NCBI GenBank assembly: GCA_020053595.1
Contig: JAGVMV010000046.1
Span: 197 to 64,196 of the forward strand
Direction of reading: 5' to 3'
DNA: 64,000 nucleotides
Source of the DNA: Thermoleophilia bacterium
Lineage (GTDB): Bacteria > Actinomycetota > Thermoleophilia > BMS3ABIN01
A program made the translations under genes and the position numbers. How positions within the stretch are numbered: the stretch's first letter is position 1; each line of letters begins with the position of its first letter. Below the pieces are notes generated by a model. That model had not been told where the DNA came from, made no database searches, and saw only the letters and a list, made by a program, of their open reading frames with translations. Shown piece by piece: positions 49,139 through 58,264 of the stretch.

Positions 49139-50737
49139 CTAGTAGTAACCGCTTTGTTCGTAGTATGCATAGCCGCTGTTATAAGAACCGTTGGCTCCAG
49201 AGTTGTTGATCACCATTCCCAGAACGTTACATGGCACTCTCTCGATGAAATTTTGGAGGTCGGCGATGGATTTCTTGGAAGTCTGCGCCAATCGCATCAC
49301 CATTACCACCCCATCAACCTTCGACGCCATGCTGGCCGCGTCTCCCACCACGCCCAGCGGTGGTGCGTCGACGAGCACAATGTCAGCATGCCCCCTGGCC
49401 TCGGATATGAGTGATGCCATCTTTTCCGAGGCCGCCAGCTCCCCGGGATTGGGAGGCACCGGTCCGGAAGTGACTATGTATATCGGCTTGATGCCATTCG
49501 TGCTCGGCAAGGGAATGCCGTAAGCAGCAGCGTCATCCATCTCGGGTGATCCGCCGGAGGCGATAGTCAGGTCGTCAGCTTCTATCATCTGCAGGGCTTC
49601 CCTAAAACTGCAGTCGCCGGCGATGACATTAGTCACGCCTACAGTGTTGCTCAGATCCATGTACTGGGACAGCTTTGGCCGTCTCAGGTCGCCTTCGATG
49701 ACGATGACACGCTGGCCGGAGCGGGCCATGGTCACAGCCAGGTTGGCGATGATAGTCGATTTGCCATCGCCTGGCTCAGGGCTGGTTACCATGATGGACT
49801 TGATCTCCTTGTCGGGCTCCACGTAACCCAGGTTCGTCTTCAGCAGGCGGAAAGCTTCGGAGTAGGAGCCGGAAGGATGGGATAGCGTTATCAGCGAGCC
49901 TTTGAGGTTAACGGGCCCCGGCACCGATGCCAGGATGGGACGGTCGATGCGGCGGGTAATCTCGTCGGTGTGGCGGATCCTCGTATCCAGCCGTTCCACC
50001 ACGAAGACGGAGCCTACTCCCAAAATGAGGCTCGCCACGAAAGCCACCAGGCCTGTGCGCACGGGCTTGGGGGAAACAGGGCTGACCGCTGGAATCGCAG
50101 GTTTGATCACTTCCAGGTTGTTGGTCTGCATGTTCTCAAACATCTTCAGCGTTTCCAGTTTGTCGGTCATCGATTTATAGCTTGGTGTATCCTGTTGTTC
50201 CACCGGGGTCGCCTTGAGCTGCAGTTCGATCGATCCGCGGGCCTGGGCGAGGATGTCATGGTCTACCTGCTGTCGCCACTTGACATATTCCGTAGTGAAG
50301 GCGTTGGCTACGTCGGAAGCGACCTGCGGGTTGGGGTCTGTCGCTGAAATCTCCAAGATGTCGGTCTGTTTCACCGCATTCACAGCGACGAGCAAGACAG
50401 GGTTGCGACCGCCCAGTTCGTCGCCCAAGTGGTTGGTGACCGCGCTCACCACTTCGGGTGACTTGACCATCTTCGCCGCAGTCTGGAGGTCGCGGTCCGG
50501 CGAGGAGCTGGAAGCACCGAAAAGGTCTGAGCCGAGGAGAACCCGGTCCACGCCGGAACGTCGCTGGAGCAGCTCGGTGGAAGACTGGTAAAGGGGGGTG
50601 GAGAACATCAGTGTCGCACCTACGGCCACTGATGTGATCACCACGATGGACAGGATGACGATCCATTTGTGTCGCCAGATGACGCTGAGATGTTCACGCA
50701 ACTCCGACACTCTGGCCTTGGCGGGGGGTTCTATCAC
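49139..50737 (-). CDS. Polysaccharide co-polymerase fused to BY-type tyrosine kinase (Wzc-like)
   Basis: Wzz-type N-terminus with two TM helices. Walker A (SPEPGDGKST), A' (VIEGDLRRP) and B (VLVDAPP) motifs, plus a C-terminal Tyr cluster (YNSGYAYYEQSGYY). Confidence 0.88.
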   Translation of the reverse strand: MIEPPAKARVSELREHLSVIWRHKWIVILSIVVITSVAVGATLMFSTPLYQSSTELLQRRSGVDRVLLGSDLFGASSSSPDRDLQTAAKMVKSPEVVSAVTNHLGDELGGRNPVLLVAVNAVKQTDILEISATDPNPQVASDVANAFTTEYVKWRQQVDHDILAQARGSIELQLKATPVEQQDTPSYKSMTDKLETLKMFENMQTNNLEVIKPAIPAVSPVSPKPVRTGLVAFVASLILGVGSVFVVERLDTRIRHTDEITRRIDRPILASVPGPVNLKGSLITLSHPSGSYSEAFRLLKTNLGYVEPDKEIKSIMVTSPEPGDGKSTIIANLAVTMARSGQRVIVIEGDLRRPKLSQYMDLSNTVGVTNVIAGDCSFREALQMIEADDLTIASGGSPEMDDAAAYGIPLPSTNGIKPIYIVTSGPVPPNPGELAASEKMASLISEARGHADIVLVDAPPLGVVGDAASMASKVDGVVMVMRLAQTSKKSIADLQNFIERVPCNVLGMVINNSGANGSYNSGYAYYEQSGYY

Positions 50738-50811
50738 GCGTTTGCCCTCCCTATGTTAGCGTTGATGCAGGGAATCTTGCCAACCGAAATTATATATAAT
50801 ATGTTCAAGCC

Positions 50812-52503
50812 TTGCAAAACCCGTCACCCCAAAAGCCTTCTGCTCCCAAGGCGGGAGTTTCGCGTCAACCGGCGGACCGATCAGCACGGTGGCCCGGCAG
50901 GCTGACGGCGCTCACGACGCCCAGTGCGGCGCTGTCATGGGCTGCCGCGATCATGATGGCGCTTGAGGGGGCGGCAGTCTTCTTTAATGGCGCTTACTTC
51001 CTTGGCCCCATGACCCTTTGCGTGGTCGTGGTTTGGACACTGCTGGCCGTTCTCGCTTTCACGAGCCGTAACGCTGTCCTGCCTCCGACGCGAACCACAT
51101 GGATGACGGTATCCCTGCTGGCTGCCCTTTGGCTGTGGACTGCTGTCTCCCTCACCTGGTCGATCGCCGGCGACCTCACTTGGATCGATTTCAATCGCAC
51201 CGGCGCTTTCCTGGCCATCTTTATGGTCGGCGCCAGCGTCGGCCATGACTCACGGGCTCGCATCCTCGGAGCCTGGCTCTTTTTTGCTGCCGTGTCGGTC
51301 GCCGCTATCTACTCGCTTGGCGTGAAAGTCCTGCCCTCGGTCGTTGATAACCTGAATGATCTTGCCAGGACCTCGGTTCCCATCGGATATACTAATGCAC
51401 AGGGGCTGCTAGTGGCTCTCGCTTTTCCGCTGTCGCTTTTCTTCTCCGCCGCAACAAAATATCATTGGACACTTAGACTAATTTCTACGCTGATGGCGCC
51501 TATCCTGTTGGTGGCGTTGTTTTTTACTGTTTCCCGTGGAGCCACTTTTGCAATCCTGTTAGGGGTAATAATTTTTTTTATGGCGGCTCCGGTGCGTCTC
51601 CGCAGCTTTGGTCTTTTGCTGCTGGCATTGGTGCCAGCAGCTCTTATCGGATGGTGGAGTAACGGGCAGGACGCTCTGATGATGGATAAGGCAGACATGG
51701 TCGGGCGGGTAGCCGCCGCCTTGACCCTACGGTTGTATCTCCTGGCCGCTGTGGCCGTGAGCGGCGTGGTTTTTATGGTTTCGTTGCTGGTGGGGAGAAA
51801 GGTGAGGTTTCCGGCGCGTTTCACCCGCGCGTTCGGGGTGGCAATGCTGGTGGCTGTGCTCGTATCGCTCACAGTGTCAACGGCGTTCTTTGTTAGCTCA
51901 AAGCCGTCTTTCAGCGGTTGGGTGCAGGATACCTACCACGACTTTACCCAAGTGCGGTCAGCACCGGCCGGAGCGGCGCGGCTGCTGAGCGTGAACTCCT
52001 CTGTACGCTGGCGGTTGTGGCAGGAGGCCATCTCCAACTGGCAGCAACACCGGCTACTGGGAACCGGTGCCGAGAGTTTCCCGCTGGTGCATCTCATGGA
52101 GCGGGAAAGTGACATGCCCTTTGTGAAGCAAACCCACGGTTTGCCATTCCAGTTTCTCACCGAGCTGGGACTGGTCGGTTTCATTCTGGCGGGGCTCTTT
52201 ATATTCACCACTCTGGGTCTGGCTGTCTCACTCCTGTTTAGGATTGAAGACCGGTGGCACCGCGGACTTGCGGGGGCATTGCTGTCGGTGGTGGTAATCT
52301 ATCTGGTACACACCACATATGACTGGGACTGGAACATTTTCGCGCTCACCATGGCTTACATGTTCTTCATCGGTGTACTGGTAGGATGGTCGGCCACATT
52401 GCCGTGGCGCCGGGTACGGAAAGGCGGGGATGTTGCTCTCAGTAAACCAGTTTCCGGGCTGGAAGGGGAAGGGACCACCGGCAAAGAGGCGGTCACGGTG
52501 TAA
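50812..52503 (+). CDS. Wzy_C / O-antigen ligase-family membrane protein (paralogue 3; possible WaaL/PglL-type ligase)
   Basis: Ten or more TM helices and an FFTVSRGATFAILLG region typical of O-antigen-ligase domains. The start is uncertain and could be internal (MMALEG, ~50953). Confidence 0.62.
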   Translation: MQNPSPQKPSAPKAGVSRQPADRSARWPGRLTALTTPSAALSWAAAIMMALEGAAVFFNGAYFLGPMTLCVVVVWTLLAVLAFTSRNAVLPPTRTTWMTVSLLAALWLWTAVSLTWSIAGDLTWIDFNRTGAFLAIFMVGASVGHDSRARILGAWLFFAAVSVAAIYSLGVKVLPSVVDNLNDLARTSVPIGYTNAQGLLVALAFPLSLFFSAATKYHWTLRLISTLMAPILLVALFFTVSRGATFAILLGVIIFFMAAPVRLRSFGLLLLALVPAALIGWWSNGQDALMMDKADMVGRVAAALTLRLYLLAAVAVSGVVFMVSLLVGRKVRFPARFTRAFGVAMLVAVLVSLTVSTAFFVSSKPSFSGWVQDTYHDFTQVRSAPAGAARLLSVNSSVRWRLWQEAISNWQQHRLLGTGAESFPLVHLMERESDMPFVKQTHGLPFQFLTELGLVGFILAGLFIFTTLGLAVSLLFRIEDRWHRGLAGALLSVVVIYLVHTTYDWDWNIFALTMAYMFFIGVLVGWSATLPWRRVRKGGDVALSKPVSGLEGEGTTGKEAVTV

Positions 52504-52656
52504 TTTCCCTTGCAAACATTTATCTGGTCAGGCGTGCACTGCTGCAGCAAGGGTGAAGTGCGCTTAAATATGCAAACTAACTCCAACCCGATTTTTTATG
52601 GTCTCTCATTGCAAAAGATAGAATCAGAGGATAATCTTGTATCAAGTTGATTATTT

Positions 52657-52680
52657 TTACGATCATCCTATTCACTCAGG
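52657..52680. repeat. Left terminal inverted repeat of IS1595-family remnant
   Basis: Reverse complement matches 53308-53331 with one mismatch. Confidence 0.55.
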
Positions 52681-52743
52681 TTCCGTCCGAACCGGCTGGT
52701 ATCTTCTGTTATGTAGATAAATCTAAAAACAGGGGGTGCGGTC

Positions 52744-53311
52744 ATGAAAGGCCCTAAAACACTGATGGAGTTTATGGATATGTTTAAAACCGAGGACTGC
52801 CACAGAACGCTCTTTGAGCACCGCTGGCCGGAGGACTTTTGCTGCCCCCGCTGTGGTCACGATCGGGCCTACCCGCTCAAAAACCGCCCGCTGTTTGAGT
52901 GCGCCGCCTGCGGGCACCAGGCCTCGCTTACGGCCGGCACGATCCTTGAGGGTGCCAGAGTTGGATCTGAGGAAGTGGCTCCTTGCCATCTACCTGATGG
53001 CCGCCACCAAGAAGCCCCTCCTGCCGCCGAGCTGGCCCGGCTTCGGATACGACCATGCGCCCATGGTTCAAGGGGATCCGGAAAACGCGGCCGAGCTGCT
53101 TCCCTGGGTGCACACTGTTATCTCCAACTTCAAACGCTGGGTTTTGGATGTCTTTCATGGCGTTAGCCCCAAGCATCTGCAATCCTATCTGGACGAGTTC
53201 TGTTACCGTTTAAACCGGCGTAACCAGCGCACGGATCTCTTTCGCCGTATCCTGAACCGCTGCGTGCGCTACACCGACCCGGTAACCTATGCTTGGCTGA
53301 CTGCTTCCTGA
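52744..53311 (+). pseudogene. IS1595-family transposase, frameshifted and internally deleted
   Basis: N-terminal Zn-ribbon (CPRCGH....CAACGHQASLTAGTI) in one frame and LRKWLLAIYLMA....C-terminal HLQSYLDEFCYRLNRR in another. The frameshift lies near 52955-52970, and the two pieces total only ~190 aa. Confidence 0.6.
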
Positions 53312-53331
53312 GTGAATAGGATGGTCGTAAT
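53308..53331. repeat. Right terminal inverted repeat of IS1595-family remnant
   Basis: Overlaps the stop codon of the transposase remnant. Confidence 0.55.
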
Positions 53332-53375
53332 ACATTTATTGATGGACCGGGAATGATGACATTTTAGAAAAAACC

Positions 53376-55355
53376 ATGTTTTCACTAAAACAACTCATAA
53401 TACGTCCGCTAGCGCTTTTTGTAGATGCCTGCATCGTCATCAATGCATACACACTTGCCTCCCTGGTTCTTTTCGCCCAGTCGGCTCCACTTCAATATTA
53501 TGACGAGCTACTCATCTTTCTTCCAATCGCAGTAGCAGTTCATTGTACCGTTAACCTGAAGATGGGCTTATATCGCGGCGTAGGGCGTTATGCCGGCCTC
53601 ACCCAGGGCCTTAAAACCATTAAAGCTGTAGCGGTATCTGTTATTCTGCTTGTTTTTATTGGTCTTCTTTCAATGCGATCTTCGACAAAGCACGTTCTGG
53701 CCATGGTGCCAATCGGCGGACTAATCGCTTTTATTCTCATGACAGTAGTTCGCTTCTATCCACGTGTTTTTTACGAACGCTCTTTAAAAGAGGTGGCAAC
53801 GGCAAGAAACCTGCTTGTAGTCGGGGCTGGGTCGGCCGGAGAGGGGATAATTCATAGTATTCATAAAGAGCCCAGCCTCGCCATACAAGTGGTTGCCCTT
53901 GTCGACGACGATCCTCATCTAAAGGGTCTTGAAATCCACGGTGTGCCCATCTACAGTCCAACAGAAAAGATTCCAGAGATCGTCGAAACCAAAGACATCG
54001 ACGAGATCCTCATTGCAATTCCCAGCGCCACCTTGGAGGAATTTCAGCGAATTTGGCAGATTTGTTCCCGCACAGGAAAACCGACCAAGACACTCAGGCC
54101 CCTACAGAGCATGCACCTTGGCAAAGTTGGCATAGAGAGCATCAGGGAGATAGACATCGAGGATGTCCTTGGACGGCAACCAGTCATGTCCAATTATGCC
54201 CAGATTAGTGGCTTCATCGGTAATCGTGTAGTCCTGGTTACCGGCGCCGGTGGCTCCATCGGCTCGGAACTGGTACTGCAGATCAGCCATCATAATCCGG
54301 CACGGATAGTTCTGGTAGATCATGACGAATCCGCTCTCTACCGTATACACGAGAAACTCAGCCAGCACTATTTCCAGAAACATATACTTTGTGTCGCGGA
54401 CATCAAGTCAGAGAGCAAGATGGAATATCTTTTCCGGCAACATCGTCCCGACCTCGTTTTTCACGCAGCCGCCTACAAGCACGTACCGCTTATGGAGCTA
54501 CAGCCAGATGAGGCCGTGCTCAATAATGTTCATGGAACCTGGAACGTGGCCCGTATCGCCGGTGAGCACGATGTTGATTGCTTTGTGAATATCTCCACGG
54601 ACAAGGCGGTGGAACCGGTGAATGTTCTCGGCGCCACCAAGCTATTGGGTGAACGCGTTGTCAATGAACTGGGCAATGTATACCCGGAGACCAAATATTG
54701 TTCCGTTCGCTTCGGAAATGTGCTGGGCAGCCGCGGCAGTGTCATCCCAATTTTCCAGGAGCAGATACATTCGGGAGGGCCGGTAACGATCACGCATCCT
54801 GAAATGACACGATATTTCATGTTGATTTCCGAGGCTGTGGACCTTGTCCTTCAGGCGGCAGCGTTCAAGAACGGCAACGCGCTCTATGTTCTCGAGATGG
54901 GCAAGCCGGTGCGCATAGTCGACCTGGCTGAGCAGATGATCAGTCTGATGGTGCCAGGTGAGGATATCGATGTCGTCTTCACTGGTCTGCGACCCGGAGA
55001 GAAACTTCACGAGCAACTTATCGACAAGCATGAATCTCGAACTTCAACTGATCATTCCATGATTTATCAGGTTAGCGCCATGGATCAGCAGCCATCGATA
55101 CTCGCCGTCTTGCCAGACCTATTCTATAAGGCAAAATCTCACGACGACGGCGCCATCAAAGTTCTTCTGGAAAAGTGGATTCCTTCATATTCTCCTTTTG
55201 ATATGCGCCTGGTGGGCTCAATCAATACAGGAGATCAGAAAGTCGCTGACGGTGCAGTTCCGGCTTCTTCCGTAGTCGGGACCATCTGGTATCGTTGGAA
55301 TGATGGTGAGAAAAGCCGCCTTTACAATGACCGCCCAGGTACCGAATCTGGGTAA
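53376..55355 (+). CDS. Membrane-anchored nucleotide-sugar 4,6-dehydratase (CapD/PglF/WbpM-like polysaccharide biosynthesis protein)
   Basis: Four N-terminal TM helices, LLVVGAGSAGE, then an SDR domain (VLVTGAGGSIGSEL, YKHV). Lower GC than neighbouring genes. Confidence 0.85.
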   Translation: MFSLKQLIIRPLALFVDACIVINAYTLASLVLFAQSAPLQYYDELLIFLPIAVAVHCTVNLKMGLYRGVGRYAGLTQGLKTIKAVAVSVILLVFIGLLSMRSSTKHVLAMVPIGGLIAFILMTVVRFYPRVFYERSLKEVATARNLLVVGAGSAGEGIIHSIHKEPSLAIQVVALVDDDPHLKGLEIHGVPIYSPTEKIPEIVETKDIDEILIAIPSATLEEFQRIWQICSRTGKPTKTLRPLQSMHLGKVGIESIREIDIEDVLGRQPVMSNYAQISGFIGNRVVLVTGAGGSIGSELVLQISHHNPARIVLVDHDESALYRIHEKLSQHYFQKHILCVADIKSESKMEYLFRQHRPDLVFHAAAYKHVPLMELQPDEAVLNNVHGTWNVARIAGEHDVDCFVNISTDKAVEPVNVLGATKLLGERVVNELGNVYPETKYCSVRFGNVLGSRGSVIPIFQEQIHSGGPVTITHPEMTRYFMLISEAVDLVLQAAAFKNGNALYVLEMGKPVRIVDLAEQMISLMVPGEDIDVVFTGLRPGEKLHEQLIDKHESRTSTDHSMIYQVSAMDQQPSILAVLPDLFYKAKSHDDGAIKVLLEKWIPSYSPFDMRLVGSINTGDQKVADGAVPASSVVGTIWYRWNDGEKSRLYNDRPGTESG

Positions 55356-55360
55356 CTGGG

Positions 55361-55801
55361 TTACTCCACAGGAATTCCTGCTTCCTTCCTCAAGTATTTA
55401 TCGTGGGGATTCAGGCTGACAGCTTTTTCAAAATGCTCCCGCGCTTTTTCCGGTTCATGCCAGCGGTCGCGTTCATAGAGAGCTAGCTGCTCCCATGTAA
55501 CATAATTGAATGGCTGTAATTCGGTAGCCTTCGTCAGTGTGGCGCGGGCCTCCACAACGCGGCCGATACGCTGCTGGTTACCTGCGAGAACGAACAGCGC
55601 CTGGATCGAAAATGGATTATAAAAGACAGCTGATTCCGCGGTGTGCAAAGCCTCTACCTGGTATCCATTCTCAGCCTGTACAAGAGATTTATTCTGCAGA
55701 AAGCTGCTATACCAGGGCATGATAGCCAGCAACATGGCTGCAATCGACACCGCGACGATTGAATATAATACTATCGATTCCACCAAACCACGTTTGTTCA
55801 T
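55361..55801 (-). CDS. Membrane-anchored TPR-repeat protein
   Basis: One TM helix followed by TPR-like repeats. Confidence 0.45.
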   Translation of the reverse strand: MNKRGLVESIVLYSIVAVSIAAMLLAIMPWYSSFLQNKSLVQAENGYQVEALHTAESAVFYNPFSIQALFVLAGNQQRIGRVVEARATLTKATELQPFNYVTWEQLALYERDRWHEPEKAREHFEKAVSLNPHDKYLRKEAGIPVE

Positions 55802-56059
55802 ATATTGATCGCCTCTGCGATTAACATTATCGATTCAAACTTTAACTACAGCCATGCTCGATTTCAATAATGATTACATACTATTCTTACCAAAATGGTT
55901 TTGTTTCAATGGCCATGGTTACGGGTTAGTTTTTTATATGATAGGGAAGGATATACAAGGTGCCTGTAGAAATCTAGAAAAGCATATTTAGTGTAAATGT
56001 ACGTGGATGTCTAAAGTGTTGGACAAGGGAGGCCGTATAGGGGTATAGTTCACCAAGTT

Positions 56060-56088
56060 TTGTATTCTTGCCAAGTGTAAGATAAATA
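56060..56088 (+). promoter_or_regulatory. Candidate sigma-70-type promoter for LPSTG protein gene
   Basis: TTGTAT -16 nt- ATAAAT in an AT-rich intergenic region. RBS AAGGAGG at 56094-56100. Confidence 0.2.
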
Positions 56089-56108
56089 CATTAGAAGGAG
56101 GTGATTGT

Positions 56109-56555
56109 ATGAAGATTACTATACTTGTTGTTCTATGCCTGGTGGCAATGATGGCTTTGGCGGGGACGGCGTTCGCCGCATGGCCGACAGGAGCTGAGGG
56201 CGATCAATACAACGCTGTGAATACTGCAATGACTAGCGCAGTAGCAGGAGTTGGTATTTCGCCGGAAACCTTCATCGGCATTTATAACGGAGCTATTGCC
56301 GGGGATGTATCCGGATATACGGACGCACAGCTTGCTGCTGCCTGTACGGTGTTAGGTGAGCTGTCGGCATATCAGGATGTACTTTCAGACTACAGCACCG
56401 TTTACAATAGCCTGAGCTGCAGCACGCGGGTTCAGACGGCAGGGCCGACTCGAGGGGCTCTACCAAGCACTGGTATCGCTATTGCACTGTTGATCGGTTC
56501 TGGTATTGTCGGGATCGGTGGAGCTTCGCAGCTTTTGAAGAAGCGGAGTCGCTGA
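56109..56555 (+). CDS. Secreted cell-wall-anchored protein with C-terminal LPSTG sorting signal
   Basis: Signal peptide (MKITILVVLCLVAMMALAGTAFA). The C-terminus has LPSTG, a hydrophobic stretch, and a KKRSR tail. Confidence 0.7.
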   Translation: MKITILVVLCLVAMMALAGTAFAAWPTGAEGDQYNAVNTAMTSAVAGVGISPETFIGIYNGAIAGDVSGYTDAQLAAACTVLGELSAYQDVLSDYSTVYNSLSCSTRVQTAGPTRGALPSTGIAIALLIGSGIVGIGGASQLLKKRSR

Positions 56556-56606
56556 TCAATCGCAATTAACACGCCGCCAGCAAAAAGGCGTGAGATGGAA
56601 ATAATA

Positions 56607-56641
56607 GGGACCTGGCGTACACCAGGTCCCTATTATTTATT
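56607..56641. terminator. Bidirectional rho-independent terminator
   Basis: Perfect 9-bp-stem hairpin GGGACCTGG-cgtaca-CCAGGTCCC followed by a T-rich run, between convergent genes. Confidence 0.5.
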
Positions 56642-56655
56642 GCTTAACCGAGAAA

Positions 56656-57078
56656 TCAGGTGGTAATACTTCCCATTCCACCCATCCCACGACTCCTCGT
56701 ATTAGTCGTATTCTGGTTCTCATTACTGGAGCCCTGGCTTTGCGCCATAGCGTCCTGGCATGCCTTCTGCCTCTCTTCCGGGCTGAGGTTCTGCATGGAT
56801 TCGTGCCTCGCCTGCATATCCTCACCATTCATCATCGAGCCATTGCCCATGGCGCCCATGCCGGATCCCATGGCTTGGCCCGTCGTAGGGCAAACGCCGC
56901 TCCCATCACCCGTGGTGACCGGAGGTGTCGGATTCGTAGCGCCTGGCGTAGCCAGCGTCTGCATCATCCTGTGAGAATATCCCGTTGTGCCGTCCTGTGC
57001 CAGTACTACCGTTGCGCCGACGAGCAGCATCGCGATTGCGAGAACAGCTATCAGTGTGATTCTTCGCATTATCTTCAC
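56656..57078 (-). CDS. Secreted Met/Gly-rich protein (putative periplasmic Cu/Ag-binding protein)
   Basis: Signal peptide, then clustered M-x-M / MxxM motifs (MGSGMGAMGNGSMMNGEDM) plus His and Cys. Confidence 0.45.
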   Translation of the reverse strand: MKIMRRITLIAVLAIAMLLVGATVVLAQDGTTGYSHRMMQTLATPGATNPTPPVTTGDGSGVCPTTGQAMGSGMGAMGNGSMMNGEDMQARHESMQNLSPEERQKACQDAMAQSQGSSNENQNTTNTRSRGMGGMGSITT

Positions 57079-57154
57079 CTCCTTCGTGATTGCCTTTCCT
57101 GAACATTATCCACGGGTAAGGTGAAGGAAGGATGAAACGTTTGTTAAGAAACTA

Positions 57155-58264
57155 TTAAGGCGCCATGGGTAATCGCAGAAAAAAACTTGTTCCCCGGCCG
57201 GGCTCACTTTCCACCTCAATGCTGCCCGCCAGCGCCTGAACGTAATGTTTGGCGATCGTCAAGCCAATGCCAGTGCCACCGCGATCTCGGGAACGGGACT
57301 TATCCGCGCGGTAGAATCTCTCGAATATGTGGGGAAGATCTTCAGCAGAGATGCCATGACCCGTATCTGTAACGGTCATCATGACCCTGTCGACGTCTCT
57401 GGTCGCCTTCAGGGATACGCTACCGCCGGCTTCCGTATAACTAAGCCCATTGTCCAGCAAGTTCACGAGTATCTGCTCCAGCTTGTCTTCATCGGCCATC
57501 AAGGCGGGAATCTCTGCTTCTACATCAAGCTTAAGCTCAATTCCCTTCTCCCGGAACTGGGGCTGCAGCTTGTTTACAACGCGGTTTACCAGGTCGGCCG
57601 TCTCAAGTCTGATAATGTCCAGCTCCTCCTGGCCGGCTTCAGCCCGTGAAAGCCGCTGCAAATCATCGACGAGTCGGGTTAACCTGGCAGCTTCACGGTG
57701 AACGAGTTTGTAGGTCTCCGGACTGGCAGGCACTACACCATCCACCAGCCCTTCCATGTAACCGGAAATGCTGGTAAGGGGAGTCCTCAGCTCATGCGCA
57801 ATATTGGCCATGAGTTCACGCCTCAACCGCTGTGCTTCACCCAGGCTGCCGGCCATGCGGTTGAAACTCTCGGCCAGGCTGCCAATCTCATCTTTCGATT
57901 TGACGTCGACCCGTTGGCTGTAATCGCCTTTAGCAATATGGCCGGTCACTTGGGCCAGTTCGTGGATGGGTCTGGTAATGCGGCGCGATATTACCAGGCT
58001 GAGAACTACGGCGACCGCAACTGCCCCGGCGCCGCCCCAGATAAGCGAGTCGTTAAGCGCTTGGCGAAAAGCATCATTCAGTGCGGCGGTCATATTTCTC
58101 GACATCATTGCCCCCATGCTTCCTTCCTCCATACTGTGCATGCGTGATCCGTAAAGGCTGATGGTTAACTGTCTGGTGACTGCTATCACGACTCCCAGGC
58201 AGACTGCAGCCACGGTTAAATAGGTAAGAAGCAGTTTCCATTTGAGCTGCATCATCGATTTCAT
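57155..58264 (-). CDS. Sensor histidine kinase (HAMP-HisKA-HATPase), CusS/CopS-like
   Basis: Two TM helices flanking a ~45-aa Met-rich periplasmic loop. H-box HELRTPL, and N/G boxes. Confidence 0.83.
   Translation of the reverse strand: MKSMMQLKWKLLLTYLTVAAVCLGVVIAVTRQLTISLYGSRMHSMEEGSMGAMMSRNMTAALNDAFRQALNDSLIWGGAGAVAVAVVLSLVISRRITRPIHELAQVTGHIAKGDYSQRVDVKSKDEIGSLAESFNRMAGSLGEAQRLRRELMANIAHELRTPLTSISGYMEGLVDGVVPASPETYKLVHREAARLTRLVDDLQRLSRAEAGQEELDIIRLETADLVNRVVNKLQPQFREKGIELKLDVEAEIPALMADEDKLEQILVNLLDNGLSYTEAGGSVSLKATRDVDRVMMTVTDTGHGISAEDLPHIFERFYRADKSRSRDRGGTGIGLTIAKHYVQALAGSIEVESEPGRGTSFFLRLPMAP

Larger units (their letters stand above)
52657..53331 (+). mobile_element. Internally deleted IS1595-family insertion sequence (~675 bp) with intact terminal inverted repeats
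   Basis: About 24-bp imperfect IRs (TTACGAYCATCCTATTCACTCAGG) at 52657-52680 and 53308-53331. The transposase N- and C-terminal regions are present, but the DDE core is missing and there is a frameshift. Confidence 0.6.

Noticed and set aside
56016-56046. Second GGGTAT -10-like element upstream of the LPSTG protein gene (possible SigB/F-type promoter)
   Set aside because: The only GTT-containing -35 candidate is 19 nt away, outside the 13-16 nt spacing of these promoters. Retained only the weak sigma-70-like call.
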